This document shows, one piece after another, positions 39,669 to 48,907 of a DNA stretch of 64,000 nt. Under the pieces are notes generated by a model. The model did not search any database, was not told the origin of the DNA, and saw only the letters and a program-made list of their open reading frames with translations. The stretch's first letter is position 1. Each line of letters starts with the position of its first letter. This stretch comes from a virus, in the IMG/VR virus record IMGVR_UViG_3300037486_000321, positions 6,139 to 70,138 of that record; one strand, written 5' to 3'. The position numbers and the translations under genes were made by a program.

Positions 39669-39684
39669 TTTTAGTCCTCCTTTT

Positions 39685-40359
39685 TTATTTAGTAACAATA
39701 ACCTTAGACATCCCTAATTTAGATAAAATTATTTGCATAGGTAAATGTATTTCATTTTTAAATTTGGCAGTGAGTAATCCATCAATGTAATATCGTATAT
39801 AATCCCATCCCCAATCAATGGTATGAAGATGATACTCATTCTGAAGGTCTTGCATCAGGACTTTACTTCCAAACAGTACTCCTACTCTATGATATCCCGT
39901 ATATTTGTCACCTTTCCTACCATTATGATTAACATGAATGGTATATCCAAAGTGCTTGGAGAATAACTCAATATCAATTTCATAATAGTAATTTGTTCCA
40001 CTAAATCCTAACAGATTTGGATTTACATCATCCTCATCATGTATTTCCAGTAGCCAGATTGCTGGGTGCTGATCATCCGTACCTTCCCCATTTAGCATGC
40101 ATAAAAAATTGAATTCTCCATATCGCTGCCAAAATCCTGCTTTTTCAGATTGTCTGGTATCATGGTAAGTATTTGGGTCATGTTGTTTCTTATCATTAAA
40201 AGCCCAAGGAAGAAATTCATTCCATTGCCCATCCTTAAAAGTAATGCTATTAAATGTCAGATTTCTGCTAATAAGAGTAAAAGGAACTCCTCTATTTTTT
40301 ATCAGATAGTCCCAATAGAACTTCTGCTTAATAAACCAGTTGTTAATTTTTTGCCACAT
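39685..40359 (-). CDS. Glycoside hydrolase family 16-like protein
   Basis: YGEF, PAIWL, catalytic EIDIE and YH..TIDW....IRYYIDG motifs. Confidence 0.75.
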   Translation of the reverse strand: MWQKINNWFIKQKFYWDYLIKNRGVPFTLISRNLTFNSITFKDGQWNEFLPWAFNDKKQHDPNTYHDTRQSEKAGFWQRYGEFNFLCMLNGEGTDDQHPAIWLLEIHDEDDVNPNLLGFSGTNYYYEIDIELFSKHFGYTIHVNHNGRKGDKYTGYHRVGVLFGSKVLMQDLQNEYHLHTIDWGWDYIRYYIDGLLTAKFKNEIHLPMQIILSKLGMSKVIVTK

Positions 40360-40783
40360 CTTTTTTTGTGTTTCTGGTTATAGTATTTAGTGATGCTGTA
40401 AGTATAGCAAATAATCTCATATTTAAAAGTTCAGTAGATACCTTAGCCACAAGAAAAGAAAAGGATATAACCTTGATCTTACATGATTCCGCAATTTCTC
40501 TACAGACATGGGTTGATTGAACAGTGATAGCTTCAAAATGATCATCTTTTCTTACCCGTCCTTTGCAAATCATACCATCTTCTAATTTTGTAGTAGCAAC
40601 AAACCAATCTTTTGGACTTTCTTCATCCTGAATAAATATAACCTTTGATTTATCTTCCAATCCAATATTTGCACAGGCAGCTTTACTAAAGGAAATCATA
40701 CCAGTTTTGGTGTTCATTCTCACAGTGGCTTGCCCCTCTCTCACTAATTGTGAGTTTGTTTTGTTGTATATTTTTATTTTCAT
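40343..40783 (-). CDS. Hypothetical protein
   Basis: Likely start MKIKIYN at 40783, coupled to the upstream stop. Confidence 0.65.
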   Translation of the reverse strand: MKIKIYNKTNSQLVREGQATVRMNTKTGMISFSKAACANIGLEDKSKVIFIQDEESPKDWFVATTKLEDGMICKGRVRKDDHFEAITVQSTHVCREIAESCKIKVISFSFLVAKVSTELLNMRLFAILTASLNTITRNTKKDVAKN

Positions 40784-41193
40784 AATGCGGTATATGCTAA
40801 AATAAACATAGATAACCAGAATACCCTTACCCAAAATGCCACAGCACCGGAGCCAATACATACGGCTTTAAATTTTCCATCAAAGCCTGTATCACTCAGA
40901 TAATATATACCTTTCCTAAATCGTACTCCCAATGCAGCATCATGGGAAATCCAGAATATAAATACCATAATAGGAAACAGTAGCAATCCATACCAATCTG
41001 TAATATATATGTCAAATGCGGTAAGGATGGCAAAGAAAGCCCACATCTGAGCATTGCCATAGAACTTCCACTTACTTTTGGCTTTTATATATCCTTTGGA
41101 ATCCTGAACCATCCAGTAGTCCTGAGCTGTTTCAAATAGGATGGTAATAAGTAATACAGCCAAACTCAATCCAACTAATAATAGTGTTTTCAT
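40780..41193 (-). CDS. Membrane protein
   Basis: About four hydrophobic segments. Confidence 0.65.
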   Translation of the reverse strand: MKTLLLVGLSLAVLLITILFETAQDYWMVQDSKGYIKAKSKWKFYGNAQMWAFFAILTAFDIYITDWYGLLLFPIMVFIFWISHDAALGVRFRKGIYYLSDTGFDGKFKAVCIGSGAVAFWVRVFWLSMFILAYTAL

Positions 41194-41387
41194 TTTATTT
41201 CCTCCTTAGTTAATGAATCATAAAAATCAGTTATTTCTTTTCGTAGAATTTCTACATCAACATCTGTAAATTTACCAGTATGAATAATTGTCATTAAAGC
41301 AAAATCTATCAATTCATCTTTGAAGTTTAATTTAAAGTTTTCAAGGAAATAATTTGATTTCCAACCCGGATAATAATTCATTAACAT
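41190..41387 (-). CDS. Hypothetical protein
   Basis: 65 aa, overlap-coupled. Confidence 0.5.
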   Translation of the reverse strand: MLMNYYPGWKSNYFLENFKLNFKDELIDFALMTIIHTGKFTDVDVEILRKEITDFYDSLTKEEIK

Positions 41388-41695
41388 TTTACTTTTTCCT
41401 TTTCAATTAATTCTAATACACATTCGATAAATGCAGAATCATCAATTTTATCATTTGATTTATGAAATTCTGTTTGATTATCATTATGCCAGATATTAGC
41501 CGATGTTCCATATTCAGTGTAGGTTATTTGAATCCTATATCCTCTTTTTATCAGTTCATCTATTATCCATTTCTGTTGGTTGCGGTCATGGAGAAAGTCA
41601 AGAATAATAAAATCCTTACCATTGGGGTGTATCCATATTTTCTTCCAATCGTGTTTTAATCCCAGCCAAATTGCTATTTTTTCATTTGTTGTCAT
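41381..41695 (-). CDS. Hypothetical protein (phage ABA-sandwich-like; paralog of 42642-43007)
   Basis: MTTNEKIA.WLG and DFLHDRNQQKWIIDEL shared with the paralog. Confidence 0.65.
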   Translation of the reverse strand: MTTNEKIAIWLGLKHDWKKIWIHPNGKDFIILDFLHDRNQQKWIIDELIKRGYRIQITYTEYGTSANIWHNDNQTEFHKSNDKIDDSAFIECVLELIEKEKVKC

Positions 41696-41904
41696 AGTTT
41701 ATTTCTCCAATAATTGATATTTGATGTAGTTGGTCTTCCATTTGTTTCAATCCATTTTGATAATTCGTTAAATAATATTATATCATTATCAAAGGTTTCT
41801 CCAAATCCCTTAAACATTCTGATAAAGCATTTTGCCCAGAATAGTTTGAATCTAAATGGAAGTTTATAAAATGGGATTTTATTTAATATTTTCTCCGTTT
41901 TCAT
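41692..41904 (-). CDS. Hypothetical protein
   Basis: 70 aa; starts inside the 48-bp repeat. Confidence 0.55.
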   Translation of the reverse strand: MKTEKILNKIPFYKLPFRFKLFWAKCFIRMFKGFGETFDNDIILFNELSKWIETNGRPTTSNINYWRNKL

Positions 41905-41948
41905 AGTTCCGTATTTTGGTTATGTTTTATTCCGTGTTTTGGCGGTTT
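41901..41948. repeat. 48-bp direct repeat, copy 1
   Basis: TCATAGTTCCGTATTTTGGTTATGTTTTATTCCGTGTTTTGGCGGTTT, identical to 43004-43051. Confidence 0.95.
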
Positions 41949-42453
41949 ATATTTTCCCAATCTTAAGTATTTCTCTGCAAATATCTGCACATTGTTTTAA
42001 AGTGTCTTTTCTTGCATCAGTAGCATCAGCAGCAACAGCAACAGCAGAAGCAGAAGTAGCATCAGCATCAGCACCATAAGCAGCATAGGCAGCAGCATAA
42101 GCAGCATAAGCAGCAACAGCACCAGCATAGGCATCATAAGCAGCATAAGCAGCAGCTTTTAATTCTTTATCCGTTGCCTCATTCTTTGCCCATTTTTCTG
42201 CAATATCTAATGCTTTAAGGCTTCTTTCATCTTTCATTAAATGCTGTACAAGTCTGGCACATTTAACTTTCGCAAGAGTGATTTGTTTAATATCGCTCCA
42301 TCCAAGTTTATCTTTCATTATGAAAGCCAGCCACAACATCCAATCTCCTCTTTCACATTTATTCCATGCTTCTTTAAGAGACATATCCCTAACCCATTCA
42401 ATAGCATCTGAACAGGCATTTAATTCGATGAGTTTTTGTTTTAACGTTTTCAT
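41947..42453 (-). CDS. Phage protein with AAYAA low-complexity tract (Imm5-like family)
   Basis: LNACSDAIEW, RGDWMLWL and CADICRE motifs; GCAGCATAA-type tandem repeats at about 42020-42155. Confidence 0.7.
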   Translation of the reverse strand: MKTLKQKLIELNACSDAIEWVRDMSLKEAWNKCERGDWMLWLAFIMKDKLGWSDIKQITLAKVKCARLVQHLMKDERSLKALDIAEKWAKNEATDKELKAAAYAAYDAYAGAVAAYAAYAAAYAAYGADADATSASAVAVAADATDARKDTLKQCADICREILKIGKI

Positions 42454-42454
42454 T

Positions 42455-42667
42455 TTATTTTTTCTCCTCCTTATTAGTTCGATTATCTTTATAATATTTT
42501 ATTAATTCAAAAATACATTTAGCCTCTCCTGTGCTTGAAAGTTTATGTTTTTCCTCAAGATATTCTACCATTTGATCTAATGTAAGGGTATTCCAATCTA
42601 AAAATCCTATACCTATGTATTTGTTTTTCTCTATTTGCTCCTTACTTAATTTCATTTTCTTTATCAA
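42455..42667 (-). CDS. Hypothetical protein
   Basis: 70-aa ORF in the operon. Confidence 0.55.
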   Translation of the reverse strand: MIKKMKLSKEQIEKNKYIGIGFLDWNTLTLDQMVEYLEEKHKLSSTGEAKCIFELIKYYKDNRTNKEEKK

Positions 42668-43007
42668 TTAATTGTTCGACTGCCTGAATAAGAGCTTCTC
42701 CATCATCGGGTTCACTTCCTCCATATTCTACGATTTTTTCTCCCATTCCTTCTAATTTATAAATCGAAACCCAAGTTCTTTTATCCGTTATATGAATTTT
42801 AATTATCCATCCTCTCTTTTTGAGTTCATCTATTATCCATTTCTGCTGGTTGCGGTCATGGAGAAAGTCGAGATACTCTACTATCCTTAATTCACTGGAT
42901 TCTTTATCAATATTTTCATTAATATAAGAATAGGATTCTCCTTCTGAACTTATCCATTTATGTTTTTTAACCCCCAGCCATTTGGCTATTTTTTCATTTG
43001 TTGTCAT
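42642..43007 (-). CDS. Hypothetical protein (paralog of 41381-41695)
   Basis: Shared motifs and near-identical DNA blocks. Confidence 0.65.
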   Translation of the reverse strand: MTTNEKIAKWLGVKKHKWISSEGESYSYINENIDKESSELRIVEYLDFLHDRNQQKWIIDELKKRGWIIKIHITDKRTWVSIYKLEGMGEKIVEYGGSEPDDGEALIQAVEQLIDKENEIK

Positions 43008-43051
43008 AGTTCCGTATTTTGGTTATGTTTTATTCCGTGTTTTGGCGGTTT
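43004..43051. repeat. 48-bp direct repeat, copy 2
   Basis: Identical to 41901-41948. Confidence 0.95.
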
Positions 43052-43382
43052 CTGGGTCTTCGTAGATATTGCCAATAATTAAAAGATTTTTACAATCAAA
43101 TAAATACCCACATCCTGTAACTTGCTTTGATGGATCTTCGAGGCTTTTTGCATACCAGCCAGTATCTTGCCATATGATTATACTTCTTGTTTTTTCATCT
43201 CCCAGATAATCATGTAGAACTATATCCCCCTCGTAAATCTCTTTGCCGTTCTTATCTTTGAGTCCAGTGAATTGCATAATCACTATATCATCTCTGGATA
43301 AGTCTGTTATTTTCCAATATGGAGGGACTTCTGACATTAATTTATCATTTGGGAACCATGCTCTAAATTTTAATGTTTTCAT
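43023..43382 (-). CDS. YopX family protein
   Basis: KFRAW, MQFTGLKDKNGKEIYEGDIV and IIGNIYE motifs. Confidence 0.95.
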   Translation of the reverse strand: MKTLKFRAWFPNDKLMSEVPPYWKITDLSRDDIVIMQFTGLKDKNGKEIYEGDIVLHDYLGDEKTRSIIIWQDTGWYAKSLEDPSKQVTGCGYLFDCKNLLIIGNIYEDPETAKTRNKT

Positions 43383-43917
43383 AGTTTAGGCTTTTTGGCG
43401 GTTTGAGTTTAATTATTCTATAAACTGATGAGTAACTCATATTATATTTAGTTTTTAATAAAGACATTACGACTCCATTATTATAATCACTTATAATACT
43501 ATCTCGTATTTCTTTATTAAATTTTGTATTACCTAATCCTATTTTCATCTTCCTTTCTTCTGAGCAATGCCCTCTTTTTTGAGCAATTTTTAAGATACGG
43601 TGGGCGTGAAGTGTATTCTCATGATATGTAACCCATTCTAAGTTGTTTGCATTATTATTTTGCTTATTACCATCTTTATGATTTACACAAGGTTTATTAT
43701 CAGGATTTGGAATAAAATGAATTGCTACAAGTCTACTAATAAGCATTGGTGTTCTTTTTTCATTAACACGCCATAAATTAGCAATCATATATCCTGTTTT
43801 ATTAGTAAATGGATGTAAAAATTCACCCTTTTGACTTATTTTACTTTTAATAATTCCATTATTATTAATTTGATAACTATCCTCAAACCCCTTAATATCT
43901 TTCCAGATTTCTTCCAT
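43363..43917 (-). mobile_element. NUMOD4-HNH homing endonuclease
   Basis: EIWKDIKGFE.YQI; RLVA..FIPNP..VNHKDGNKQNN..NLEWVT..EN..H. Confidence 0.9.
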
Positions 43918-43922
43918 GATTT

Positions 43923-44231
43923 TTATTTGATTGAAATTATTTTACATTTACCTTCTCCTGTGAGTTCGATAAAACAGGATTGGTTGAGTGATAATTCCTT
44001 GTATAATAACTTTGCAGGCGTTTGAATCCAATAATATCCTTTAACTAATTTTATTTTCCCAATATTCTCCACATCTGCAATTACTTTAGAGGCTTTCCAT
44101 TTTCTTAATCTCTGTTCATGGGCTTTACAAGCACCTTCACACCATGGATAATCTTTATCTATTTCTGGTTTAGAAATCCTATATCCAGTCACCTGTACCG
44201 GATTAAGATTAGAGATTCTGGCTGGTATCAT
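43923..44231 (-). CDS. Hypothetical protein
   Basis: 102-aa ORF in the operon. Confidence 0.55.
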   Translation of the reverse strand: MIPARISNLNPVQVTGYRISKPEIDKDYPWCEGACKAHEQRLRKWKASKVIADVENIGKIKLVKGYYWIQTPAKLLYKELSLNQSCFIELTGEGKCKIISIK

Positions 44232-44353
44232 TTTTTATCAATTTTAATTAAGTGAACATCCTTTTGAGTCTTATCACACCAACTCTTTATCCATTTTTTA
44301 TCTGAATCTCGTTTCACAATCACCCCGCAATGGATACATCTGTATTTATTCAT
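44228..44353 (-). CDS. 41-aa Cys-containing micro-protein (not in the ORF track)
   Basis: MNKYRCIHCGVIVKRDSDKKWIKSWCDKTQKDVHLIKIDKK; fills the gap with an ATGA overlap. Confidence 0.55.
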   Translation of the reverse strand: MNKYRCIHCGVIVKRDSDKKWIKSWCDKTQKDVHLIKIDKK

Positions 44354-44357
44354 TTTT

Positions 44358-44597
44358 TTATTCTTTTCCGTTCCAGGTGTCATAAATAGGTTTGTGTTGT
44401 GATCGTGGATAAATAGTGAAATGTATGCTGTCAGAAAAATCTATCAGATGATGCCTGCCAAAACCAAACTCCCTTATCACTTCTGAGGAAGGAATAGTCC
44501 ATCCATTTGGACTTACCTTCCAATGCTTTATATCTTTACTCTTAACTGGCAGAAGAGTTAAACTTAGTATGATCAAAAGGCTTATGCTTTGTTTCAT
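44358..44597 (-). CDS. Small secreted hypothetical protein
   Basis: Signal-peptide-like N-terminus. Confidence 0.5.
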   Translation of the reverse strand: MKQSISLLIILSLTLLPVKSKDIKHWKVSPNGWTIPSSEVIREFGFGRHHLIDFSDSIHFTIYPRSQHKPIYDTWNGKE

Positions 44598-44717
44598 TTT
44601 TTCCCTTTATGATTTCTGAACAATTTGCTTCTCGAATAATGAATACAATTGTTAATAAAAATATTACCCATGATATCCACCCGGATATTTCCATAAATCT
44701 GTTTAAAAATAAGTGTA

Positions 44718-45005
44718 TCATTCTATTTCTCCTTTCATATTTATGTTCTGACGTAGATCAATCCAAAGTGAATCAAGTATATCATAATATCTTGAAGTAT
44801 CATCCTCAGGTCTGTAATAATAAAGCCAATATCCGCTTGTCATATATTTAGCATATAATACATTGACTCTACTGCTGATACTGTCCAATTCATTATTATA
44901 TTCAGTGATCACTTCACGATATTTTGTAATTGTCCTATGTGAAAAATATGCATCCAACAATATTCCACAAAGAATACCAATTATAAACATTATTAATTTT
45001 TTCAT
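44718..45005 (-). CDS. Membrane-anchored hypothetical protein
   Basis: N-terminal TM; ATGA-coupled to the epimerase. Confidence 0.55.
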   Translation of the reverse strand: MKKLIMFIIGILCGILLDAYFSHRTITKYREVITEYNNELDSISSRVNVLYAKYMTSGYWLYYYRPEDDTSRYYDILDSLWIDLRQNINMKGEIE

Positions 45006-46063
45006 AATAAGTTATTAATTACAGTTACCATTTTTTCTGCTACCTTACTACCAAAAATATTTCTTTGTTCTCCTGAAGGTTTGAATAATTCAATTTTATC
45101 TAAGAAAAATTTCTCTGATGGATCAATCAATAGGTTCCATCCGCTATCTACCGTTTCAGTCCATTCTGTCTCAGTTCTAAGGGTAATGCAGGGTTTATTT
45201 AAAATGTATGCCTCCTTTTGAACTCCACCAGAGTCAGTTATTATCCTATTTGCGTAATATTCCAAGGAAAGGAAATCCAAATACCCAACTGGACTAACGA
45301 ATTCAATAGCTCTACTATAATTTGAGGGTAAATACTTCAAAATCTTTTGTGTTCTTGGATGAACTGGAAACACTGTTCTACCTTTTAATCTGGATATTTC
45401 ATCTAATATATGTGATAATATTAATGGATCATCTACATTGGATGGTCGGTGAAGAGTAAGTAGATTATATTCTCCACTTGACAAACATAAGTTATTTACT
45501 ATCTTTGATTTATTGAGAGCGATTGGAAGATTTTGTTTTAAGGTATCTACCATTATATCTCCAGTTACGGTAGTTCTTAGTATCAAACCTTCAAAATGAA
45601 GATTAGTAAAGGCATTCTCAGTCGGAGCAAATAACCAGGTTGAAACATGATCAGCTACTATTCTATTAACTTCCTCTGGCATAGTTTTATTAAAGCTGCG
45701 TAGTCCTGCTTCAATATGAATAGTAGGGATTAATAACTTTGATGCCGCCAGTGCCCCTGCCATTGTAGAGTTTGTGTCTCCAAAGATTAATACCATATCA
45801 GGTTTACCGGATAAAAACATTGTTTCCAAATCAATCATCATTTTCCCCACCTGTTCTGCATGAGTACCAGAGCCTATGTTAAGGTTATAATCTGGACTAG
45901 GAATACCTAAATCTTTGAACATCTTTTCTGACATAGCATAATCATAATGCTGTCCAGTATGAATTATAGTTTCATCATGGTATTTCCTAAGAGCCTTTGA
46001 TAAAGGTGCCAGTTTGATGAATTGAGGTCTTGCCCCTACAATTAAAAAGATTTGCTTTCTCAT
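45002..46063 (-). CDS. wecB: UDP-N-acetylglucosamine 2-epimerase (non-hydrolysing)
   Basis: GARPQFIK, HTGQHYD, GDTNST, HIEAGLRS, PEEVNR and TDSGGVQKEA motifs. Start 46063 overlaps the upstream stop. Confidence 0.95.
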   Translation of the reverse strand: MRKQIFLIVGARPQFIKLAPLSKALRKYHDETIIHTGQHYDYAMSEKMFKDLGIPSPDYNLNIGSGTHAEQVGKMMIDLETMFLSGKPDMVLIFGDTNSTMAGALAASKLLIPTIHIEAGLRSFNKTMPEEVNRIVADHVSTWLFAPTENAFTNLHFEGLILRTTVTGDIMVDTLKQNLPIALNKSKIVNNLCLSSGEYNLLTLHRPSNVDDPLILSHILDEISRLKGRTVFPVHPRTQKILKYLPSNYSRAIEFVSPVGYLDFLSLEYYANRIITDSGGVQKEAYILNKPCITLRTETEWTETVDSGWNLLIDPSEKFFLDKIELFKPSGEQRNIFGSKVAEKMVTVINNLL

Positions 46064-47121
46064 TTCTTTATTGATTGCCCACATAATATACAGGTATCTC
46101 CCATCCCCTTATCAAATTGTTTCTGTAGAATTTTTAACTGTTCCTCTGTTCCTTTTATTCCTGCCTGTAATACTGTTAAATGTTGTATATCATTTACTAA
46201 TGATCTCAATTGTGATTTAAAAGTATCCCTCTGATCAATATTCCAGATTATTTTATTAACTGCATCATAGGATTTTAATAATTCTTCTCCCTTACTTATA
46301 TTATTATTTACCTGCTGGATGTGATTTACAAGACTTTCCAATTTAAGTAGTTTAACTTCCTTTTCTCCACTCAGAGTGATATTATTGTCAATGGAATTTA
46401 CCTGTTTTTCTAAAGAAAGTATATTGGTATATTCATCAATTTCATCATTAGTATTTTGTAGTTCTCCACAGAGAAGTTCCAACTCTTTCAAAGCATTTCT
46501 CTTACTAATCAATCTTTTCTCAGTCATTTCCAATACTTCCACTTCTACCTCAAATTTCTCAAGATGATCAAACTTCTTTAATTCTTCCTCCTGTTGACTT
46601 ACTTGGGTAGTCTTAAATTTAATACCTTGTTCAAGTTCCCTGATTTCCCGCTGTATGTTTTGAATTCCACTATCAATCTTATCCAACTTGGCCACCCGAT
46701 TAAAGTGTTGGGTTACTTCACCCGGAGTATTACTCAGTAGGAAAGGAGCATCTAACTGGTATTGGAGATTGATTTCAGTAATGTTTAAAGCCTTAATTAT
46801 TTCCTCTGGGACATCAGTTCCAAATGCTTTGAAGGGAATTACTGAATCTTTATTACTAAGAGCATAACTATTATCATTATTTGTTTTATTTCGCTCTATG
46901 ATATCCCCATTATTTAATTCAATGTTAATAGATGTCTCTCCTCCCCATGTTGACCGCATTGTATCACCACTGGGACGGTTCCATACTACCCACCTTAGAG
47001 CACGAATAATAGCAGTCTTACCTGAGTCACTACTCCCTATTATCACATTTACACCCGGACTGAGTTCCAGTTTGGAGTACTTGTGACTTTGAAAGTTTTG
47101 TATTTTAAGTGACTTTATCAT
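46060..47121 (-). CDS. SbcC/Rad50 (gp46)-like ATPase, N-terminal half
   Basis: IQNFQSH, Walker A GSSDSGKT, Q-loop, coiled coil and terminal CILCG zinc hook; no Walker B. Confidence 0.85.
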   Translation of the reverse strand: MIKSLKIQNFQSHKYSKLELSPGVNVIIGSSDSGKTAIIRALRWVVWNRPSGDTMRSTWGGETSINIELNNGDIIERNKTNNDNSYALSNKDSVIPFKAFGTDVPEEIIKALNITEINLQYQLDAPFLLSNTPGEVTQHFNRVAKLDKIDSGIQNIQREIRELEQGIKFKTTQVSQQEEELKKFDHLEKFEVEVEVLEMTEKRLISKRNALKELELLCGELQNTNDEIDEYTNILSLEKQVNSIDNNITLSGEKEVKLLKLESLVNHIQQVNNNISKGEELLKSYDAVNKIIWNIDQRDTFKSQLRSLVNDIQHLTVLQAGIKGTEEQLKILQKQFDKGMGDTCILCGQSIKK

Positions 47122-47321
47122 AAGTCTCCATTTATTTGATCATTAATAATCCATTCCAATGCATTTATTTCTCCAAGAATCGTATTGATTTTTTCTCTTA
47201 TCTCATTTCCTGTTGATGATAACATATCTATCTGGCATAATTTAGCATGATCATTTCTTGCGGTTTCTAACTTTTGATAAAGAAAAACTATTTGTTGTTG
47301 AATTAAGCTAAATGATTTCAT
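47118..47321 (-). CDS. Hypothetical protein
   Basis: 67 aa, coupled. Confidence 0.55.
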   Translation of the reverse strand: MKSFSLIQQQIVFLYQKLETARNDHAKLCQIDMLSSTGNEIREKINTILGEINALEWIINDQINGDL

Positions 47322-47327
47322 AGTTGG

Positions 47328-47855
47328 TTATCGGTTTAACATTTTGAGAATTTGTGATTGCTTAGTGGCCACATAATGGATTGCCAGGGCATCAGCTACT
47401 GCTTCATCCACGTACTTAAACTTTGTCCAGTAGACATCATATAATTTATCTATTGCTTTGATCATGTCATCTTTTGTAGCAGCTTTCTTATCCAGTACAG
47501 CTTTTTTGGCATCCTGTTCGGAATAATACTCAATAGGTATTCCCATGCATTCAGAAATAGTAGTAGTAATTCCTGTAACAATACCAATCATCACTGCGGC
47601 ACTGGCATTCTGACTACCATGTGGGGCTTCACTCAGTAAGAAGTTTACATCATACTTTTTTATTATTTCTAATAGTTGTTGAACTATCTCCACAGTCCTG
47701 CGGTAACGATCATCTGAGGTGCGGATTCTCCGCTTCTTTTGTTCTGGAGAAGTACGAATACATCCTGATGCTCGTATTGCTCCTCTTGGACTTAATACAG
47801 CCCATCCCCACCCTGTAAAGCTGGGATCATTTGTTAATATTGTAAATTGGGACAT
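47328..47855 (-). CDS. ruvC: RuvC-like Holliday junction resolvase
   Basis: DPSFTGWG, E, K..ATKDDM and DEAVADALA motifs. Likely start 47855. Confidence 0.85.
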   Translation of the reverse strand: MSQFTILTNDPSFTGWGWAVLSPRGAIRASGCIRTSPEQKKRRIRTSDDRYRRTVEIVQQLLEIIKKYDVNFLLSEAPHGSQNASAAVMIGIVTGITTTISECMGIPIEYYSEQDAKKAVLDKKAATKDDMIKAIDKLYDVYWTKFKYVDEAVADALAIHYVATKQSQILKMLNR

Positions 47856-47856
47856 A

Positions 47857-48906
47857 CTAACGTTTTGGTTTACGATTTGATTCAAATTTACTTTCTATTT
47901 CTTCCCAAAGATCAATGGTTTCCTTTCTGAGTTGATCTTCAAGTTTATCCTTCTCTATCATTTTTATAGAGGCTTCCATAGACTTATCTAATCCCTTGCC
48001 TGTTATGGTATAAATAGTATTCTTAGTATAACTTTTAATGAATTGTAGATTTTCTCGTATGTCATCTATACCATAATCAAACAGTATGGTAACGGGTGCG
48101 GTGTGGAAGGGTTTCCAGATAGAACTCTTAGCAACTTCTATATCTACCCTCACTCCAATGATTCGACTAACCTCTTTTCCCGCAAAAGTTTTATCCACCT
48201 TGTGTTTATTACTAATGGATGCCTTTAGGCGTAGGCTGGAATAAAACCCCACACTTAATCCTCCTGGAGTGCTGTATTTCTGATAACTCTTTGGATCAAC
48301 ATCAATACGCACCTGATTAGAGCATACCATCAGGAGATTATCACGGGCTAGTATTCGGCAGGTTTTCCGTAACTGTTCTGAGAACTCCTTGGCACGTCTC
48401 ATCCCCATCTTATCTCCTTCATCACCTTCCATCTCCATATCTGTGGACAGTGCCGCAAGGGAATCTGCAAATATCCCATTAATAACTTTTGGATTCTCAG
48501 GGTTCCATGCTCTTACCGCTTTGAATACTTCGGTTACTGTATTAGGATTCTTGTAGTCTCCTTCCTTCAATTCTAACCCGAAGAGTTGGGCGAAGGTTTT
48601 ATTAAGCCTTGCTTCGGGATCGTGGAACATAACTTCTCCACCTTCTCTTTGAATAGCTCCTGCAATTTCGCTAAGGAGCACTGTTTTTCCACTACCACTT
48701 GGACCGAATATTTCAACCAGAATTCCACCTGGTAGACCACCGCCTCTGGTTTGTCCACCGGAGACGGCAAGATCGAGTAATGTTGATCCCGTACTGATAA
48801 CTTTTCCAAAGTTTCCATCATATTCAGGTTTTTTACTATTAATACCACTCATCACTTTTTTCTTCATCTGATCACTCAATGTCTGAGGTTTGTTCTTACG
48901 TTCCAT
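47857..48906 (-). CDS. recA: RecA/UvsX-like recombinase
   Basis: ISTGSTLLD, VEIFGPSGSGKT, DSLAAL, NQVR and TPGG..FYSS.RL motifs. Confidence 0.95.
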   Translation of the reverse strand: MERKNKPQTLSDQMKKKVMSGINSKKPEYDGNFGKVISTGSTLLDLAVSGGQTRGGGLPGGILVEIFGPSGSGKTVLLSEIAGAIQREGGEVMFHDPEARLNKTFAQLFGLELKEGDYKNPNTVTEVFKAVRAWNPENPKVINGIFADSLAALSTDMEMEGDEGDKMGMRRAKEFSEQLRKTCRILARDNLLMVCSNQVRIDVDPKSYQKYSTPGGLSVGFYSSLRLKASISNKHKVDKTFAGKEVSRIIGVRVDIEVAKSSIWKPFHTAPVTILFDYGIDDIRENLQFIKSYTKNTIYTITGKGLDKSMEASIKMIEKDKLEDQLRKETIDLWEEIESKFESNRKPKR

Positions 48907-48907
48907 C

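Noticed and set aside
42020-42155. GCAGCATAA-type tandem repeat as a regulatory array
   Set aside because: Explained by the AAYAA low-complexity tract of the encoded protein.
41901-43051. CRISPR array or integron attC sites
   Set aside because: Only two full copies 1.1 kb apart with whole genes between them; no palindromic attC structure, cas gene or integrase.
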